DNA of 64,000 nt from an uncultured Alphaproteobacteria bacterium (GCA_943787225.1 CALSLP010000003.1:447643-511642); one strand, 5' to 3'; positions 1 through 10,540 are shown, counted from the first letter of the stretch. The notes: a model not told the origin generated them from the sequence alone. Translations and numbers: made by a program.

Positions 1-113
1 ACTGCATGACCATCATCCATAGCCATAGTCTTCCCCAAATTACGCTAAATCGCTAGTCCAATCACGTTCCGCCATGTTCGCGGCGCGGTAGACGCGCTAT
101 TCTGGGAACAATC

Positions 114-1472
114 ATGACAGACGCTCAAACAACAGATCAGACCAATCCGGACGACGTGCCGTTAAAGACCCAACTCGCGGTTTATGGCATTGGTACGTTC
201 AGTACGACGACACATTTCATGCTGATGGTCATCGTGCCGATCTGGGCACGCGTCAATATGGGGATACCTGAGGGCTTCACGCTCGGCCTCGTACTCGGCT
301 GCCGACCGCTTTTGTCTCTCTTCCTGTCAATTCATGCCGGGAGCCTGATGGACAAACTGGGCACCAAGCGCGTGATGTTTTTCATCGGGCTGATGATCCT
401 GACCACGCCGTTCATGTATCCATTACTACCCTTTGTATCGGCCCTGATCGTCATCCAACTCCTCTCCGGCGTCTGTGACTCCATCGGCTGGATGGGCGCG
501 CAAACGCTGGTCGGCCAGGTCATGCATGGCCGGACCAAATATGCCGCACGCCTCGGCGCTATCATCAGATCCGGCCATGTCATCGGGCCTCCAGCCGTCG
601 GGGCGGTATGGGATTTCGCTGGTCCGATGGCCGCTTTCAGCCTGGTGGGGCTCAGCGGTGTCGGCTTTATGGTATCGGTCATGATGCTACCCGCGATTTC
701 TGCACGCCCGTCTGGAACCGCCGCATACACTGCAGAAACGCCGCGAGCGCCCTTTGTCTGGAAATCCCTGCTCCCAAATCCAGCGGATTATATTGCATCC
801 TTCAAACTGCTGGCATCTCCGACCATCGCCATCGTGATCCTCCTCGGCATGATGGTTCATATCGGCAATAACATTCAGAGCACGTTCTATATCGTTTGGT
901 TGGAGAAATATGTCGGTGTCCCGGCAACACTCATCGGGTTTCTGATTTCATTTTCTTCCATTGCTGCCGCAGGCGGATCATTAGCGGCCACCCCCTTGCG
1001 GCGACGATTCCCAGCGTTTTGGGTGTTATGGACGGCTATTTTTACCGCCCTGATCTTTATTTCAATCACGCCGCTTCTCGGAAAAGTCGCTGTGATTAGC
1101 GGTGTGACAGGCATGCTGGGCTGGGCGATAGAAATTTCACCCCTGATTGCCGCCTATCTGATGTTTTGTTTCGTGGCGGGTTTGCGCTCCGTCTCCAACG
1201 GCATCCACCAACCGCTCGTCATCACCCTCATGCTACGAACCGTCGGACCCAATGAAAAGGGCAAAGCCATTGGACTGCGGGGCACCATGAACCGTGTGAC
1301 CTCAATGATCGGTCCATTTCTGCTCGGTGGCTTGGCAGGCATGGTCGGTTTGGAATACGGTTTTTATATTATTGGGATTTTGTCATCGGTGATCATGCTG
1401 TGGCTCGCCTGGCTAATGCTGCGGCACCCCGAAATTCACGACCTACAGGACAGGGTAAAAGAAGAACAATGA
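114..1472 (+). CDS. MFS transporter
   Basis: 452-aa ORF made almost entirely of hydrophobic helices with the MFS-like two-halves layout. Its stop overlaps the next start (ATGA at 1469-1472), so it is the first gene of an operon. Confidence 0.8.
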   Translation: MTDAQTTDQTNPDDVPLKTQLAVYGIGTFSTTTHFMLMVIVPIWARVNMGIPEGFTLGLVLGCRPLLSLFLSIHAGSLMDKLGTKRVMFFIGLMILTTPFMYPLLPFVSALIVIQLLSGVCDSIGWMGAQTLVGQVMHGRTKYAARLGAIIRSGHVIGPPAVGAVWDFAGPMAAFSLVGLSGVGFMVSVMMLPAISARPSGTAAYTAETPRAPFVWKSLLPNPADYIASFKLLASPTIAIVILLGMMVHIGNNIQSTFYIVWLEKYVGVPATLIGFLISFSSIAAAGGSLAATPLRRRFPAFWVLWTAIFTALIFISITPLLGKVAVISGVTGMLGWAIEISPLIAAYLMFCFVAGLRSVSNGIHQPLVITLMLRTVGPNEKGKAIGLRGTMNRVTSMIGPFLLGGLAGMVGLEYGFYIIGILSSVIMLWLAWLMLRHPEIHDLQDRVKEEQ

Positions 1473-2260
1473 GACTTCAGGGTAGAATTGCGATTGTGAC
1501 CGGCGGGGCTGGTGGGATCGGCGAAGGTATTGCCAAAGCCTATGCCGCCGAGGGCGCAACGGTCCTCGCCTGCGATATCAACGAGGACGGCGCGGCAGAA
1601 ACTGCAGAGGCTATCAAGAAAGACGGTGGCAAGGCCTCAAGCTGTCACATCGACATCACCGATGCCGACGCTGCGCAATCCGTCATTGCTAAATACGCAA
1701 GTGAGCATGGCAGACTCGATATCATCGCCAATGTCGCCGGTACCGGTCAGCGCCACAGCTTCCTTGAAGCCAAAATCGAAGAATTCGACCGCGTCATGAA
1801 GGTCAATTTGATGGGGACGTTCATTTGCAGTCAGGCCGCCGCCCGTGAAATGGTCAAGCAAGGCTATGGCAGGATCGTCAATATTGCGTCTATTGCAGGC
1901 ACCCGCGCCGGGTCTGGCCGCACGGCCTATGGCACCTCAAAATCAGCGGTCATCGGGTTAACCCGTCAAGCCGCCCTGGAGCTTGCACCGCACGGTATTA
2001 CCGTCAACGCGGTTGCCCCCGGCCCTGTCGACACCCCGCTGACCCGCGTCACCCATAACGATGTGACCCGGGACGGCTACAAACAGCTTATTCCGGTTGG
2101 CCGCTATGGTATGGTTGAGGAAATGGCCGATGCGGCAGTGTTTCTCGCGGGCGAGCAGGCGTCCTACGTGAACGGTCACATTCTTTACGTCGATGGCGGC
2201 TATATCGCCGCCGGTATCTCGACAGACTTCGGTGGGACAATAGATCCCAGCGCAAAATAA
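1469..2260 (+). CDS. SDR family oxidoreductase
   Basis: N-terminal TGGAGGIG Rossmann motif, NVAG and Y-x3-K (YGTSK) catalytic motif. I chose the internal ATG at 1469 (MRLQGRIAIVTGG) over the upstream ORF start. Confidence 0.85.
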   Translation: MRLQGRIAIVTGGAGGIGEGIAKAYAAEGATVLACDINEDGAAETAEAIKKDGGKASSCHIDITDADAAQSVIAKYASEHGRLDIIANVAGTGQRHSFLEAKIEEFDRVMKVNLMGTFICSQAAAREMVKQGYGRIVNIASIAGTRAGSGRTAYGTSKSAVIGLTRQAALELAPHGITVNAVAPGPVDTPLTRVTHNDVTRDGYKQLIPVGRYGMVEEMADAAVFLAGEQASYVNGHILYVDGGYIAAGISTDFGGTIDPSAK

Positions 2261-2272
2261 CAGGAGAGGCCC

Positions 2273-3260
2273 ATGTTAATCGATATCTACACCCATATCT
2301 TTCCCCGGTACGTTTTATGAGCAGATGTCAAAAGCCGCACCACGGCTGGAGAATATCGGCAAGCGTATGCAGGCCGTTGTCCCGGTCCATAATCTCGAAG
2401 AACGTTTCCGTCAGATGGATGCCTATGGCGATTACAAGCAGCTGATCTCACTGCCCAACCCGCCACTCGAAGACATCATGGATGCCGAGACCGGCACGCA
2501 CCTCGCCCGCGTTGCCAATGATGCGATGGCTGAAGAATGCGCCAAACATCCGGACCGCTTTGTCGGCTTTGCCGCAGCACTCTGCATGCTCGATATGGAT
2601 GGTGCGATGGAAGAGCTGCATCGCTCAATCAAAGACCTCGGTGCGCGCGGCGTTCAGATTTTCACCAATGTCGCCGGTGAGCCACTCGACAAGCCTGAGT
2701 ACCTACCGCTGTTCGACGCGATGGCCGAATATGATCTGCCAATCTGGATGCATCCGGCGCGCGGCGCCGATATGGCTGACTACAAAGGCGAAGAACGTGG
2801 CCGCTACGAGATGTGGTGGTGTTTTGGCTGGCCATACGAGACCTCTATCGCGATGACCCGGCTGGTCTATTGCGGCATGTTCGACCGTCACCCCGACCTC
2901 AAGATCATCACCCATCACATGGGCGGCATGATCCCTTATTTCGATGGCCGCGTTGGCCCCGGTATGGATGTGCTGGGGGCGCGAACAACTGACGAAGACA
3001 TTACCGGCATTCTCCCGGCGCTCAAAAAACCCCATGCTGAATATTTCAAAAATTTCTATGCCGACACCGCCATGTTCGGCGCCACGCTCGGGATAGAATG
3101 CGGCATGAAATACTTTGGTATCGAGCATACTGTTTTCTCGACAGATTTCCCATTCGCCCCGACCGCGGAAACCATCGAAGCAATCAATAGTCTGGAACTT
3201 GAGAAAAATGACCTCAAAACCCTGTGTTCGGGAAATGCCGAACGGCTGATGAAGCTGTAA
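2273..3260 (+). pseudogene. Amidohydrolase-2 (ACMSD-like) family protein, frameshifted near the 5' end
   Basis: The short ORF at 2273 encodes MLIDIYTHIFPR, the HxH metal-binding N-terminus of this family, then stops. The 311-aa body (2325-3260) is in another frame. Removing one C from the CCCC run at 2303-2306 gives a continuous MLIDIYTHIFPGTFYEQMSKAAPRL. Confidence 0.7.
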
Positions 3261-3282
3261 CGCCGACAGCGGAGCGAAATCG

Positions 3283-5619
3283 ATGACGGTAGAAAACGCC
3301 TATACCGGGTTAGGAGCACCCGTCCCCCGCGTTGAGGATGAACGCATGCTCACCGGCAAGGGTCGCTATGTTGACGACATGTCGATGCCCGGCACCAGCC
3401 ACGCATATATCGTGCGATCGCCGCATGCGCATGCCCGACTTCTCAACATCGACACGACGAAAGCAGACGCCGCACCGGGCGTGCTTCTGATCCTCACTGG
3501 CGAGGACGTTTCCAAGGAGAAACTTGGCGATCTAACCTGCATGTCGTTTCCCAAATTACCACCGGACAGCCCGTCGTTTTGTCCGACCCAGCCGATATTG
3601 GCACGCGACAAGGTGCTGTTTGTCGGTGAAGGCATTGCTCTCGTGGTGGCAGAAACACTCGAACAGGCAAAAGATGCGGGCGAATTACTCAACATCGAGT
3701 ACGAGCTGCTGCCTGCTGTAACGCTGATTGATGCCCACGCCACTGACGCGCCAAAAGTCTGGGATGATGCCGACAGCAATACCAGCTTTCAGATCATTTC
3801 CGGCAATAGCGACGACGTTTCCGTCCAATTTGCCGCAGCGGCACATGTAACCAAATTCCGGGTTCAGTACCCGCGCGCGACATCAAACTCGATGGAGCCT
3901 CGCGGCACCCTCGCCTATCGCAATCAGATGGATGGTCGAATGACTCTGTGCAGCAGTGCGCAGGAACCACATGAAATCAAACATGTGGTGTCGCATGTTC
4001 TCGGCATGTCACAGCTCGACCTACGTGTCGTCGCCATGGATGTTGGCGGCGCATTTGGTATGAAGGGGCAAGTCTATCCAGAGGACGTTCTCGTCGTCTG
4101 GGCTGCCCGCAAGCTCGACCGTCCGGTAAAATGGACCGCCGATAGAAGTGAAGCTATCGCCACGGACATGCACGGGCGCAGCCCTATCGCCGACGCTTCT
4201 ATGGCGTTCGACAAGGATGGTAAAATTCTCGCCATGCGCACGTCGGTCATCGTCGATGTCGGGGCCTATCTCAGCATCTGGGCTGCGGTGCCACCGCGCA
4301 ATGCCACGATCAGCTTTCCCGGCACCTACGATATCCCGCTGATCCACGCCGAGGTCAAGGCAACCTTCACCAACACCACCTTGATGGGCCCCTATCGCGG
4401 CTCCGGCAAACCGGAAGCGTCTTACGTTCTTGAGCGGCTCATGAATAACGCAGCGCGTGAAATGGGCATCGACCCCATCGACCTGCGGCGCCGCAACCTG
4501 ATTTCATCTCAGGCGATGCCCTACCAAACGCCCGGCGGCTATCTCTATGACACCGGCGATTTCGCAAAGGTTCTGGACACGGCCATTGAGCTTGCCGATT
4601 GGGACGGGTTCGAGACCCGCAAGGCAGAGGCCGAACAGCATGGACGACGACGCGGCATCGGGCTCGCGCTGCATTGCCAGCGCGCCGGGACGTTCTCCGA
4701 GCGGATGGAAATCCGGGTCGATCAGGACGGGTTGATATCGGCGCATGTCGGAACCCTCTCCACCGGCCAAGGCCACGAAACCATGTTTGCCCAGATGATC
4801 TCCGGCTGGCTCTCCGTGCCCATCGATGATGTACGTGTTTTTCAGGGCGACACCGATAAGGTTCTGTTCGGACGCGGCACTTTCGCTCAGCGCAGCATGG
4901 CGACCGGCGGCTCTGCCCTGAAACTGGCCGCCAATGAAATCATCAGAAAGGGCAACCGCATCGCCGCCTGGATGATGGAGGCGTCCGAGGCCGACGTCGC
5001 CTTCGAAGAGGGAAATTTCAAAGTTGCTGGCACCGACCGTTCGGTAACCTTCAAAGAAGTGGTGAAGACGTCATATCTCGGCGCTGGCGTTCCGCAGGAG
5101 CTAGGCCTCGGCCTCGATGGTGTCGGCAACCATGATGGCACCTATAGCTTCCCCAATGGCTGCATGATTTGCGAAGTCGAAGTCGATCCGGAGACCGGCA
5201 ACCTCAACGTCGACCGGCTCTATGCGGTTGATGATGTCGGTGTTGTGGTCAATCCGCTAACCCTCGCCGGGCAACTTCATGGCTCGGTCGCACAAGGGTT
5301 GGGCGAAGCAACGGTCGAACAAATTCTCTATGACCGAGAAAGCGGACAATTACTGACCGGCTCATTTATGGATTACGGCATGCCCCGCGCTGACATGATG
5401 CCAGACATCATTTCAGAAGAATCGCTGGTGCCTTCGACCAATAATCCGCTGGGTGTCAAAGGCGGCAGCGAGGCCGGCAATTGCGGCATGCCGTCTGCGA
5501 TCATACTGGCTGTCCTCGATGCTCTCGCCCCGCTCGGCGTCAAAGACGTGCCTATTCCGGCAACACCACAGCGCGTATGGCAGGCCATTCAGGATGCCGG
5601 GCAATCAACAGAGGAATAG
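3283..5619 (+). CDS. Xanthine dehydrogenase/CO dehydrogenase family molybdopterin-binding (large) subunit
   Basis: 778 aa. The N-terminus PRVEDERMLTGKGRYVDD...AYIVRSPHAHARL and the C-terminal GSEAG region are typical of CoxL/aldehyde-oxidase-type large subunits. Confidence 0.85.
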   Translation: MTVENAYTGLGAPVPRVEDERMLTGKGRYVDDMSMPGTSHAYIVRSPHAHARLLNIDTTKADAAPGVLLILTGEDVSKEKLGDLTCMSFPKLPPDSPSFCPTQPILARDKVLFVGEGIALVVAETLEQAKDAGELLNIEYELLPAVTLIDAHATDAPKVWDDADSNTSFQIISGNSDDVSVQFAAAAHVTKFRVQYPRATSNSMEPRGTLAYRNQMDGRMTLCSSAQEPHEIKHVVSHVLGMSQLDLRVVAMDVGGAFGMKGQVYPEDVLVVWAARKLDRPVKWTADRSEAIATDMHGRSPIADASMAFDKDGKILAMRTSVIVDVGAYLSIWAAVPPRNATISFPGTYDIPLIHAEVKATFTNTTLMGPYRGSGKPEASYVLERLMNNAAREMGIDPIDLRRRNLISSQAMPYQTPGGYLYDTGDFAKVLDTAIELADWDGFETRKAEAEQHGRRRGIGLALHCQRAGTFSERMEIRVDQDGLISAHVGTLSTGQGHETMFAQMISGWLSVPIDDVRVFQGDTDKVLFGRGTFAQRSMATGGSALKLAANEIIRKGNRIAAWMMEASEADVAFEEGNFKVAGTDRSVTFKEVVKTSYLGAGVPQELGLGLDGVGNHDGTYSFPNGCMICEVEVDPETGNLNVDRLYAVDDVGVVVNPLTLAGQLHGSVAQGLGEATVEQILYDRESGQLLTGSFMDYGMPRADMMPDIISEESLVPSTNNPLGVKGGSEAGNCGMPSAIILAVLDALAPLGVKDVPIPATPQRVWQAIQDAGQSTEE

Positions 5620-5624
5620 AGGCG

Positions 5625-6599
5625 ATGAGTGAATTGGAACTTTCCTTGGCCGTCTGCGATTACGATCATGTACGGGATTTCGTCTCTGGGGCCGTAAAAG
5701 CCAAAGGGCTGAATATCAACTTCCAAAGTTTCACGATCCAGGAAATTTTTCACCGCTTCACGACGTTCCGGGAATGGGACGCATCTGAGATGTCGATGGG
5801 CATGTATGTGGCGCTGCGGTCACAAGGTGATGACAGCCTGACCGCCATTCCGGTTTTCACATCACGCGTGTTTCGCCTGTCATCGTTTTATGTGAACCGC
5901 AACAGCGCGATAAAAACAGCCGAAGATCTCCGCGGTGGCAAAATCGGCTACCCCGAATGGGCCCATACCGCCGGGATCTACAGCCGCGCCTATCTCATGC
6001 ACGAGGCTGGCATTTCCCTTGAAGAAGTGGAGTGGGTGCAATCCGGTGTAAACAAAGGCGGTATCGCAGAACATGTCGAACTCGCTATTCCGGATAACGT
6101 GCAGCTAACACCCGTCTCCGACAAAAGCCTGGATCAGATGCTGATTGACGGCGAGATCGATGCGCTGATGTCATCAGCAGCGCCCGGGAGCTTTCTACAG
6201 GGAAACCCCGATATCGTGCGGCTGTATCCTGACTTTGAAGATGTCGAAAGCGCGCATTACCAGAAGACCGGCATTTTCCCGATCATGCACACCATCGCCA
6301 TCAAGCGGGAAATCGCCGAGCAGAACCCGTGGATGGCCAAAAACCTGTATACGGCATTTGAGACAGCGAAGAACCGGTCAACAGCCCGGCTGCGCGACGT
6401 CACCATTTCACGCTACCCCAACCCTTGGAATTTTGCGGGCGCTGAACGGGCACGCGCTTTGTTTGGCGAGGACATCTGGCCCTATGGCATTGAGCCCAAC
6501 CGAAAAACGCTGGAACCGTTCCTACAGTTCTGTCTGGAACAGGGTATCGCCCATCGCCCGGTGACAATTGAAGAGCTGTTTGCGCCACAACTGCACTAG
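5625..6599 (+). CDS. PhtD-like protein (4,5-dihydroxyphthalate decarboxylase family, periplasmic-binding-protein fold, no signal peptide)
   Basis: Begins MSELELSLAVCDYDHVRDF..., which resembles the PhtD family as I recall it. The internal ATG at 5625 follows the upstream stop. A paralogue lies at 15243-16172. Confidence 0.55.
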   Translation: MSELELSLAVCDYDHVRDFVSGAVKAKGLNINFQSFTIQEIFHRFTTFREWDASEMSMGMYVALRSQGDDSLTAIPVFTSRVFRLSSFYVNRNSAIKTAEDLRGGKIGYPEWAHTAGIYSRAYLMHEAGISLEEVEWVQSGVNKGGIAEHVELAIPDNVQLTPVSDKSLDQMLIDGEIDALMSSAAPGSFLQGNPDIVRLYPDFEDVESAHYQKTGIFPIMHTIAIKREIAEQNPWMAKNLYTAFETAKNRSTARLRDVTISRYPNPWNFAGAERARALFGEDIWPYGIEPNRKTLEPFLQFCLEQGIAHRPVTIEELFAPQLH

Positions 6600-6636
6600 A
6601 TATCGGATCGTTTTTTAAGAAAGAGAGACCCACGAC

Positions 6637-7599
6637 ATGATTAATCTCGGAATTGTCGGCCTCGGAGGCTGGGGCAAAAACCTCGTCAATGCGATACAGG
6701 GCAAGAGCGACAATATCCAATTTGTCGCTGCCGCCAACCGCACGCCTGCCAAGGTCGCCGATTTTTGTCAGGAGAAAAACATTCGCCTGTCTGACGATGT
6801 CTCCTTAATTCTCGGAGATGCCGACATCAATGCGGTGGTCGTGGCCGGGCCGTCGCAGCTGCATGCCGAGGTCGCTATGGCTGCCCTTGAAGCGAGCAAG
6901 CATGTGATGGTCATCAAACCGCTCGCCCTGTTCAAAAAAGATGCCGAAGCGCTGCGCAAGAAAGCTGAAGAACGTGGTCTTGTTCTCGCCATGGGCTATG
7001 ATCGCTGTTTCCATCCCGCCTCTGATGAGCTGCGGAAATGCGTCGCGGCGGGAAAGCTTGGCAAGATTGTCCACGCCGAAGGTAATTTCTGTGTCGACCG
7101 CCATCGCGGGTTACCCGAGGGCGACTGGAAGGGGTTTGATGAAAATTCACATCCCGGCAGCCTCACCGATCACATGCTTTATAGGATGATCGAGCTGTTG
7201 GGTCCGGTGGAATCCCTCACAGTTCAGGCCGCGCGCCATGCAGCGACGGCGGATATTTCCGATACCGCCGCGATCTCCCTAAAATTCACCAGCGGTATCA
7301 GCGGCAGTCTCACCGCCATTGGCGTCACCCCGGCATTTCACCGGCTGCATTTGTTCGGCACCGAAGGCTGGGCAGAGATACGCAATGATCGCCGGTTTGA
7401 GTTCAAACCGCTCAAAGGCGACAGCACGGTTATCGAGTTTCCGGTCTTCGATGCGCTGCATGCCCAGCTTGAAAGCTTCGCTGCCGCGATCAATGGTGAG
7501 CGCGCTTATCCGGTATCACCGGAGGATGCGGTGGCAGGTGTTGCCGCGCTGGAAGCCATGGGTCGCTCGGCCAAATCCGGTCAGACGGAGATCGTCTAA
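6637..7599 (+). CDS. Gfo/Idh/MocA family oxidoreductase
   Basis: N-terminal GIVGLGGWG Rossmann motif, 320 aa, typical family length and layout. Confidence 0.8.
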   Translation: MINLGIVGLGGWGKNLVNAIQGKSDNIQFVAAANRTPAKVADFCQEKNIRLSDDVSLILGDADINAVVVAGPSQLHAEVAMAALEASKHVMVIKPLALFKKDAEALRKKAEERGLVLAMGYDRCFHPASDELRKCVAAGKLGKIVHAEGNFCVDRHRGLPEGDWKGFDENSHPGSLTDHMLYRMIELLGPVESLTVQAARHAATADISDTAAISLKFTSGISGSLTAIGVTPAFHRLHLFGTEGWAEIRNDRRFEFKPLKGDSTVIEFPVFDALHAQLESFAAAINGERAYPVSPEDAVAGVAALEAMGRSAKSGQTEIV

Positions 7600-7683
7600 A
7601 CTAAATGAGTATGGGTTTTCCTTTGATTTCGCGGGTCAGAGCGATAATCTGGAACAAATGATATTGAATTGAGGAGTATCCCA

Positions 7684-8625
7684 ATGGCCAAGCGTCGTAT
7701 CGAAGGCTCGTTCGTTGCCCTGATCACCCCGATGAATGAAGACGGGTCGGTTGATTTCGAAGGCTTCCGCACCCTGCTTGATTTCCAGGAGAGCAATGGT
7801 AGCTCCGCCGTGCTGATCATGGGCTCGACCGGTGAGGTTTCCATGCTCACCCCCGATGAGCGCCGCCAGGTGATCTCCGAGACCATCAAAATGAAGACCG
7901 GCAAGATGGAGTTCTGGTACGGCTGTACTGGCCCCAGCACCGAGCAAACCATCGACTACGTCAAATATGCCGGCAAAGAAGGTGCCGATGGCGCGATCAT
8001 CGCCGCGCCGCCCTATATCTGCGCCCCGGATGAAGACATAACCGACTATTTCCTCGAAGTCGCCGATGCCAGCGAGATTCCCATCGGGATTTATAACAAC
8101 CCGCCGCGAGTCAAAACCGATCTGGCGCATACATCGATCCTGCGGCTCGCCGAACACCCCAATATCATCGTGAATAAAGAATCCACCGCGCGCGTTGGGC
8201 AGATCGCCCAGACCGTCGCCGGCAACCCTGACATGTCATTGATGTGCTGCGACAGCCCGACATTGGGTCTCGTTGTGCCGCTGATGTCGCTTGGCGGCCA
8301 CGGCACGGCCAACATGTCCGGCAATATCATCCCGCAGGAAATGGTGACGATTTCAACACCGTGGAAAGGCTGGGACGATGCCATGGCCTGTCGCAATGCT
8401 TGGTTAGACAATCTGCAAATGCTGCATTTCACCTATTCTGCGATTAACCCAGTTGCCGTGAAATGCCTGATGGGCGCTGTCGGCCTTCCAGCGGGTCCCT
8501 TGCGCAAACCGCTCAAGCCAATTGCGCCGGATCATCTCGCCAAGGGGCTGCATATTTGCCGTGAGTTGGGGCTGGATCAAAAATACGGCTTCAGCCTGCC
8601 GCTAATGCGTTCGGCGGCGGAATAA
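7684..8625 (+). CDS. Dihydrodipicolinate synthase/N-acetylneuraminate lyase family protein
   Basis: Motifs ALITPM, GSTGE and YNNP are characteristic of DapA-family class I aldolases. The start at 7684 follows a GAGGAG ribosome-binding site. Confidence 0.8.
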   Translation: MAKRRIEGSFVALITPMNEDGSVDFEGFRTLLDFQESNGSSAVLIMGSTGEVSMLTPDERRQVISETIKMKTGKMEFWYGCTGPSTEQTIDYVKYAGKEGADGAIIAAPPYICAPDEDITDYFLEVADASEIPIGIYNNPPRVKTDLAHTSILRLAEHPNIIVNKESTARVGQIAQTVAGNPDMSLMCCDSPTLGLVVPLMSLGGHGTANMSGNIIPQEMVTISTPWKGWDDAMACRNAWLDNLQMLHFTYSAINPVAVKCLMGAVGLPAGPLRKPLKPIAPDHLAKGLHICRELGLDQKYGFSLPLMRSAAE

Positions 8626-8635
8626 AACTTCCCGC

Positions 8636-9382
8636 TTAAGCCAGTGTTAGCCCGCCATCGACATGGATAGTCTGGCCAGTAATAAATCCGGCATCTTCGG
8701 TAAGCAGGAATTCGATTAAAGCTGCCGTGTCATCTGGGGTGCCAATACGCCCCATCGGGACCTTGGCAACGGCCTTTTTCCAGGCGTCACTCGGCAACGC
8801 AGAATGGCCACTGGCATCTTTCTGGGTATAGCCCGGCGCAACGCAGTTAACCGTTACACCGTCTGCAGCGAGCTGGACCGCCAGCGATTTCGCTAATGCT
8901 TCAAGAGAAGCCTTGGCAGCCGCCGTCGCCGGAAAGAGCCCTTCAATGTCAAAGACATGTGCAACAAATGAACTAACGGCGACAACCCTGCCACTGGTCG
9001 ACGTTATTAGATGAGGCATCGCCGCCGTCACAATTCTGAAAAAGGCTTCAGGCATACCGCGTTCCGCTGAAACCAAGGCGTCTGCTTCCATATCCCCAAA
9101 CAATCGCCGATCAGCAAAACCTGCATTGCTGACGATCTGATCCAGTCCGCCAAGACGTTCCACGGTTTCATCAACCAGAGACTCCGCAAATTTACTCTTT
9201 GTGAGATCTCCAAGAATCAATTTGGCTGTGCCGCCAGCCTTTTCAACCTCTGCCGCCACATCGGCGAGCCCGGATTCATTCGACCGTGAATGCAGCATGA
9301 GTTGTGTCTCAGGACCGGCTATTCGCCGTGCCGTAGCAGCGCCAATGCCACTCGCTGCCCCGGTTATCAAAATACTTGTCAT
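8636..9382 (-). CDS. SDR family oxidoreductase
   Basis: ITGAASGIG Rossmann motif, 248 aa, C-terminal GQTIHVDGG. Confidence 0.85.
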   Translation of the reverse strand: MTSILITGAASGIGAATARRIAGPETQLMLHSRSNESGLADVAAEVEKAGGTAKLILGDLTKSKFAESLVDETVERLGGLDQIVSNAGFADRRLFGDMEADALVSAERGMPEAFFRIVTAAMPHLITSTSGRVVAVSSFVAHVFDIEGLFPATAAAKASLEALAKSLAVQLAADGVTVNCVAPGYTQKDASGHSALPSDAWKKAVAKVPMGRIGTPDDTAALIEFLLTEDAGFITGQTIHVDGGLTLA

Positions 9383-9578
9383 TCGTTTATACCATTCATT
9401 GCCTGATATATTGCGCTCAGTGTGCGGTGTTCTGCCGCCGGGTGCAAATGCGGTTTAACGACCTGATGACATGACACATTTCTCACGCCAACGTGAACCC
9501 TATGATGGTGTTAATATGCGAAAACACTTCCAATATCCGATCTGGAGATATTTGGGTGGCATTAAGAGGGAATTAGGA

Positions 9579-10004
9579 ATGCACAAAAAATTAATAGCAG
9601 TCGCCGTTGCATTGGGCATTGGTGTCTGGGGGTTTGCTGCGGAAGCTGCAACGCCAAAACGGGTCAAAGTCAGCGGCGAAATCATCGATACATGGTGTTA
9701 TCTAACCGAGATCATGTTCGCAGAAGGCTCAGCCCATCATAAATGCGCAATCTGGTGTGCCGTTGGCGGCGTCCCGGTCAGCATCAAGGGCAAGGATGGC
9801 AAGATTTACATGGTGCTGCGCGTCGAAGGCGACGACACCAGTGTTGCGAACCCGAAGATCGTTTCGATCCAGTCACATGAAGTGACCGTCGATGGTGATC
9901 TTTATGTCCGCGATGGCGTGAATTACCTGCTCGTCAATAAAGTCGCCGACGATAAAGGCGTTATCAACCTGACACATAAGAAACACGGCGTCGTACCGTT
10001 CTGA
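9579..10004 (+). CDS. Secreted hypothetical protein with CxxxC/His motif
   Basis: Signal peptide MHKKLIAVAVALGIGVWGFAAEA after an AGAGGG/AGGA ribosome-binding site. The mature part contains C...HHKCAIWC. It is a distant paralogue of the next ORF. Confidence 0.6.
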   Translation: MHKKLIAVAVALGIGVWGFAAEAATPKRVKVSGEIIDTWCYLTEIMFAEGSAHHKCAIWCAVGGVPVSIKGKDGKIYMVLRVEGDDTSVANPKIVSIQSHEVTVDGDLYVRDGVNYLLVNKVADDKGVINLTHKKHGVVPF

Positions 10005-10012
10005 GGGGCATC

Positions 10013-10540
10013 ATGAAAAAATCATTTATTATCAGCGCGGTCGCCACGATCGCCCTTTCCTCCGCCGCCTGGGCAGCCGACGGTTGGGGAATCAAAAACG
10101 AGAAAATCACCCGTACCGAAGCTAAAGTTGTCGACATCGCCTGTGAAGTCACCGGTAATTGTGTCGCCAATTGTGGTAGTGGCAAACGCCAACTCGGCCT
10201 GTTATTCGATAACGGCAAGCTGGTACCGGTCGTCAAGAACAACGATCCGTTCGCGGGTGCGACGGTCGATCTCATCTCCTTTTGCAACAAGCGTATCGTT
10301 GCCGACGGGTTGATGATCAGTCATCCGAAAATGCCAATCTTCCAGCTGCAGTTCAAACGTGCCGCCCCCAAGGGAAAACCCAAAGGCAAGTGGAGCGGTG
10401 CAAACTGGTTTGGCAAGGAATGGGAAAAAGCCAACGGTAAACCCGGCGGCGAATGGTTCCAGCACGACAAGCGCGTCAAAGCCGCGATCGCCAAAGAAGG
10501 CGTCCTCGGCGTTCCGGGTCTCAAACCACCAGCGCAATGA
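10013..10540 (+). CDS. Secreted hypothetical protein with Cys-rich N-domain and Lys/Gly-rich tail
   Basis: Signal peptide MKKSFIISAVATIALSSAAWA. The motif CEVTGNCVANCGSG aligns with the preceding ORF. Its stop overlaps the SCO gene start (ATGA). Confidence 0.6.
   Translation: MKKSFIISAVATIALSSAAWAADGWGIKNEKITRTEAKVVDIACEVTGNCVANCGSGKRQLGLLFDNGKLVPVVKNNDPFAGATVDLISFCNKRIVADGLMISHPKMPIFQLQFKRAAPKGKPKGKWSGANWFGKEWEKANGKPGGEWFQHDKRVKAAIAKEGVLGVPGLKPPAQ

Noticed and set aside
1-27. Possible 5' end of a minus-strand gene (MAMDDGHAV...) that runs off the left edge of the window.
   Set aside because: Only nine codons are visible and the GGAAG-to-ATG spacing is poor. That is too little sequence to support a call.
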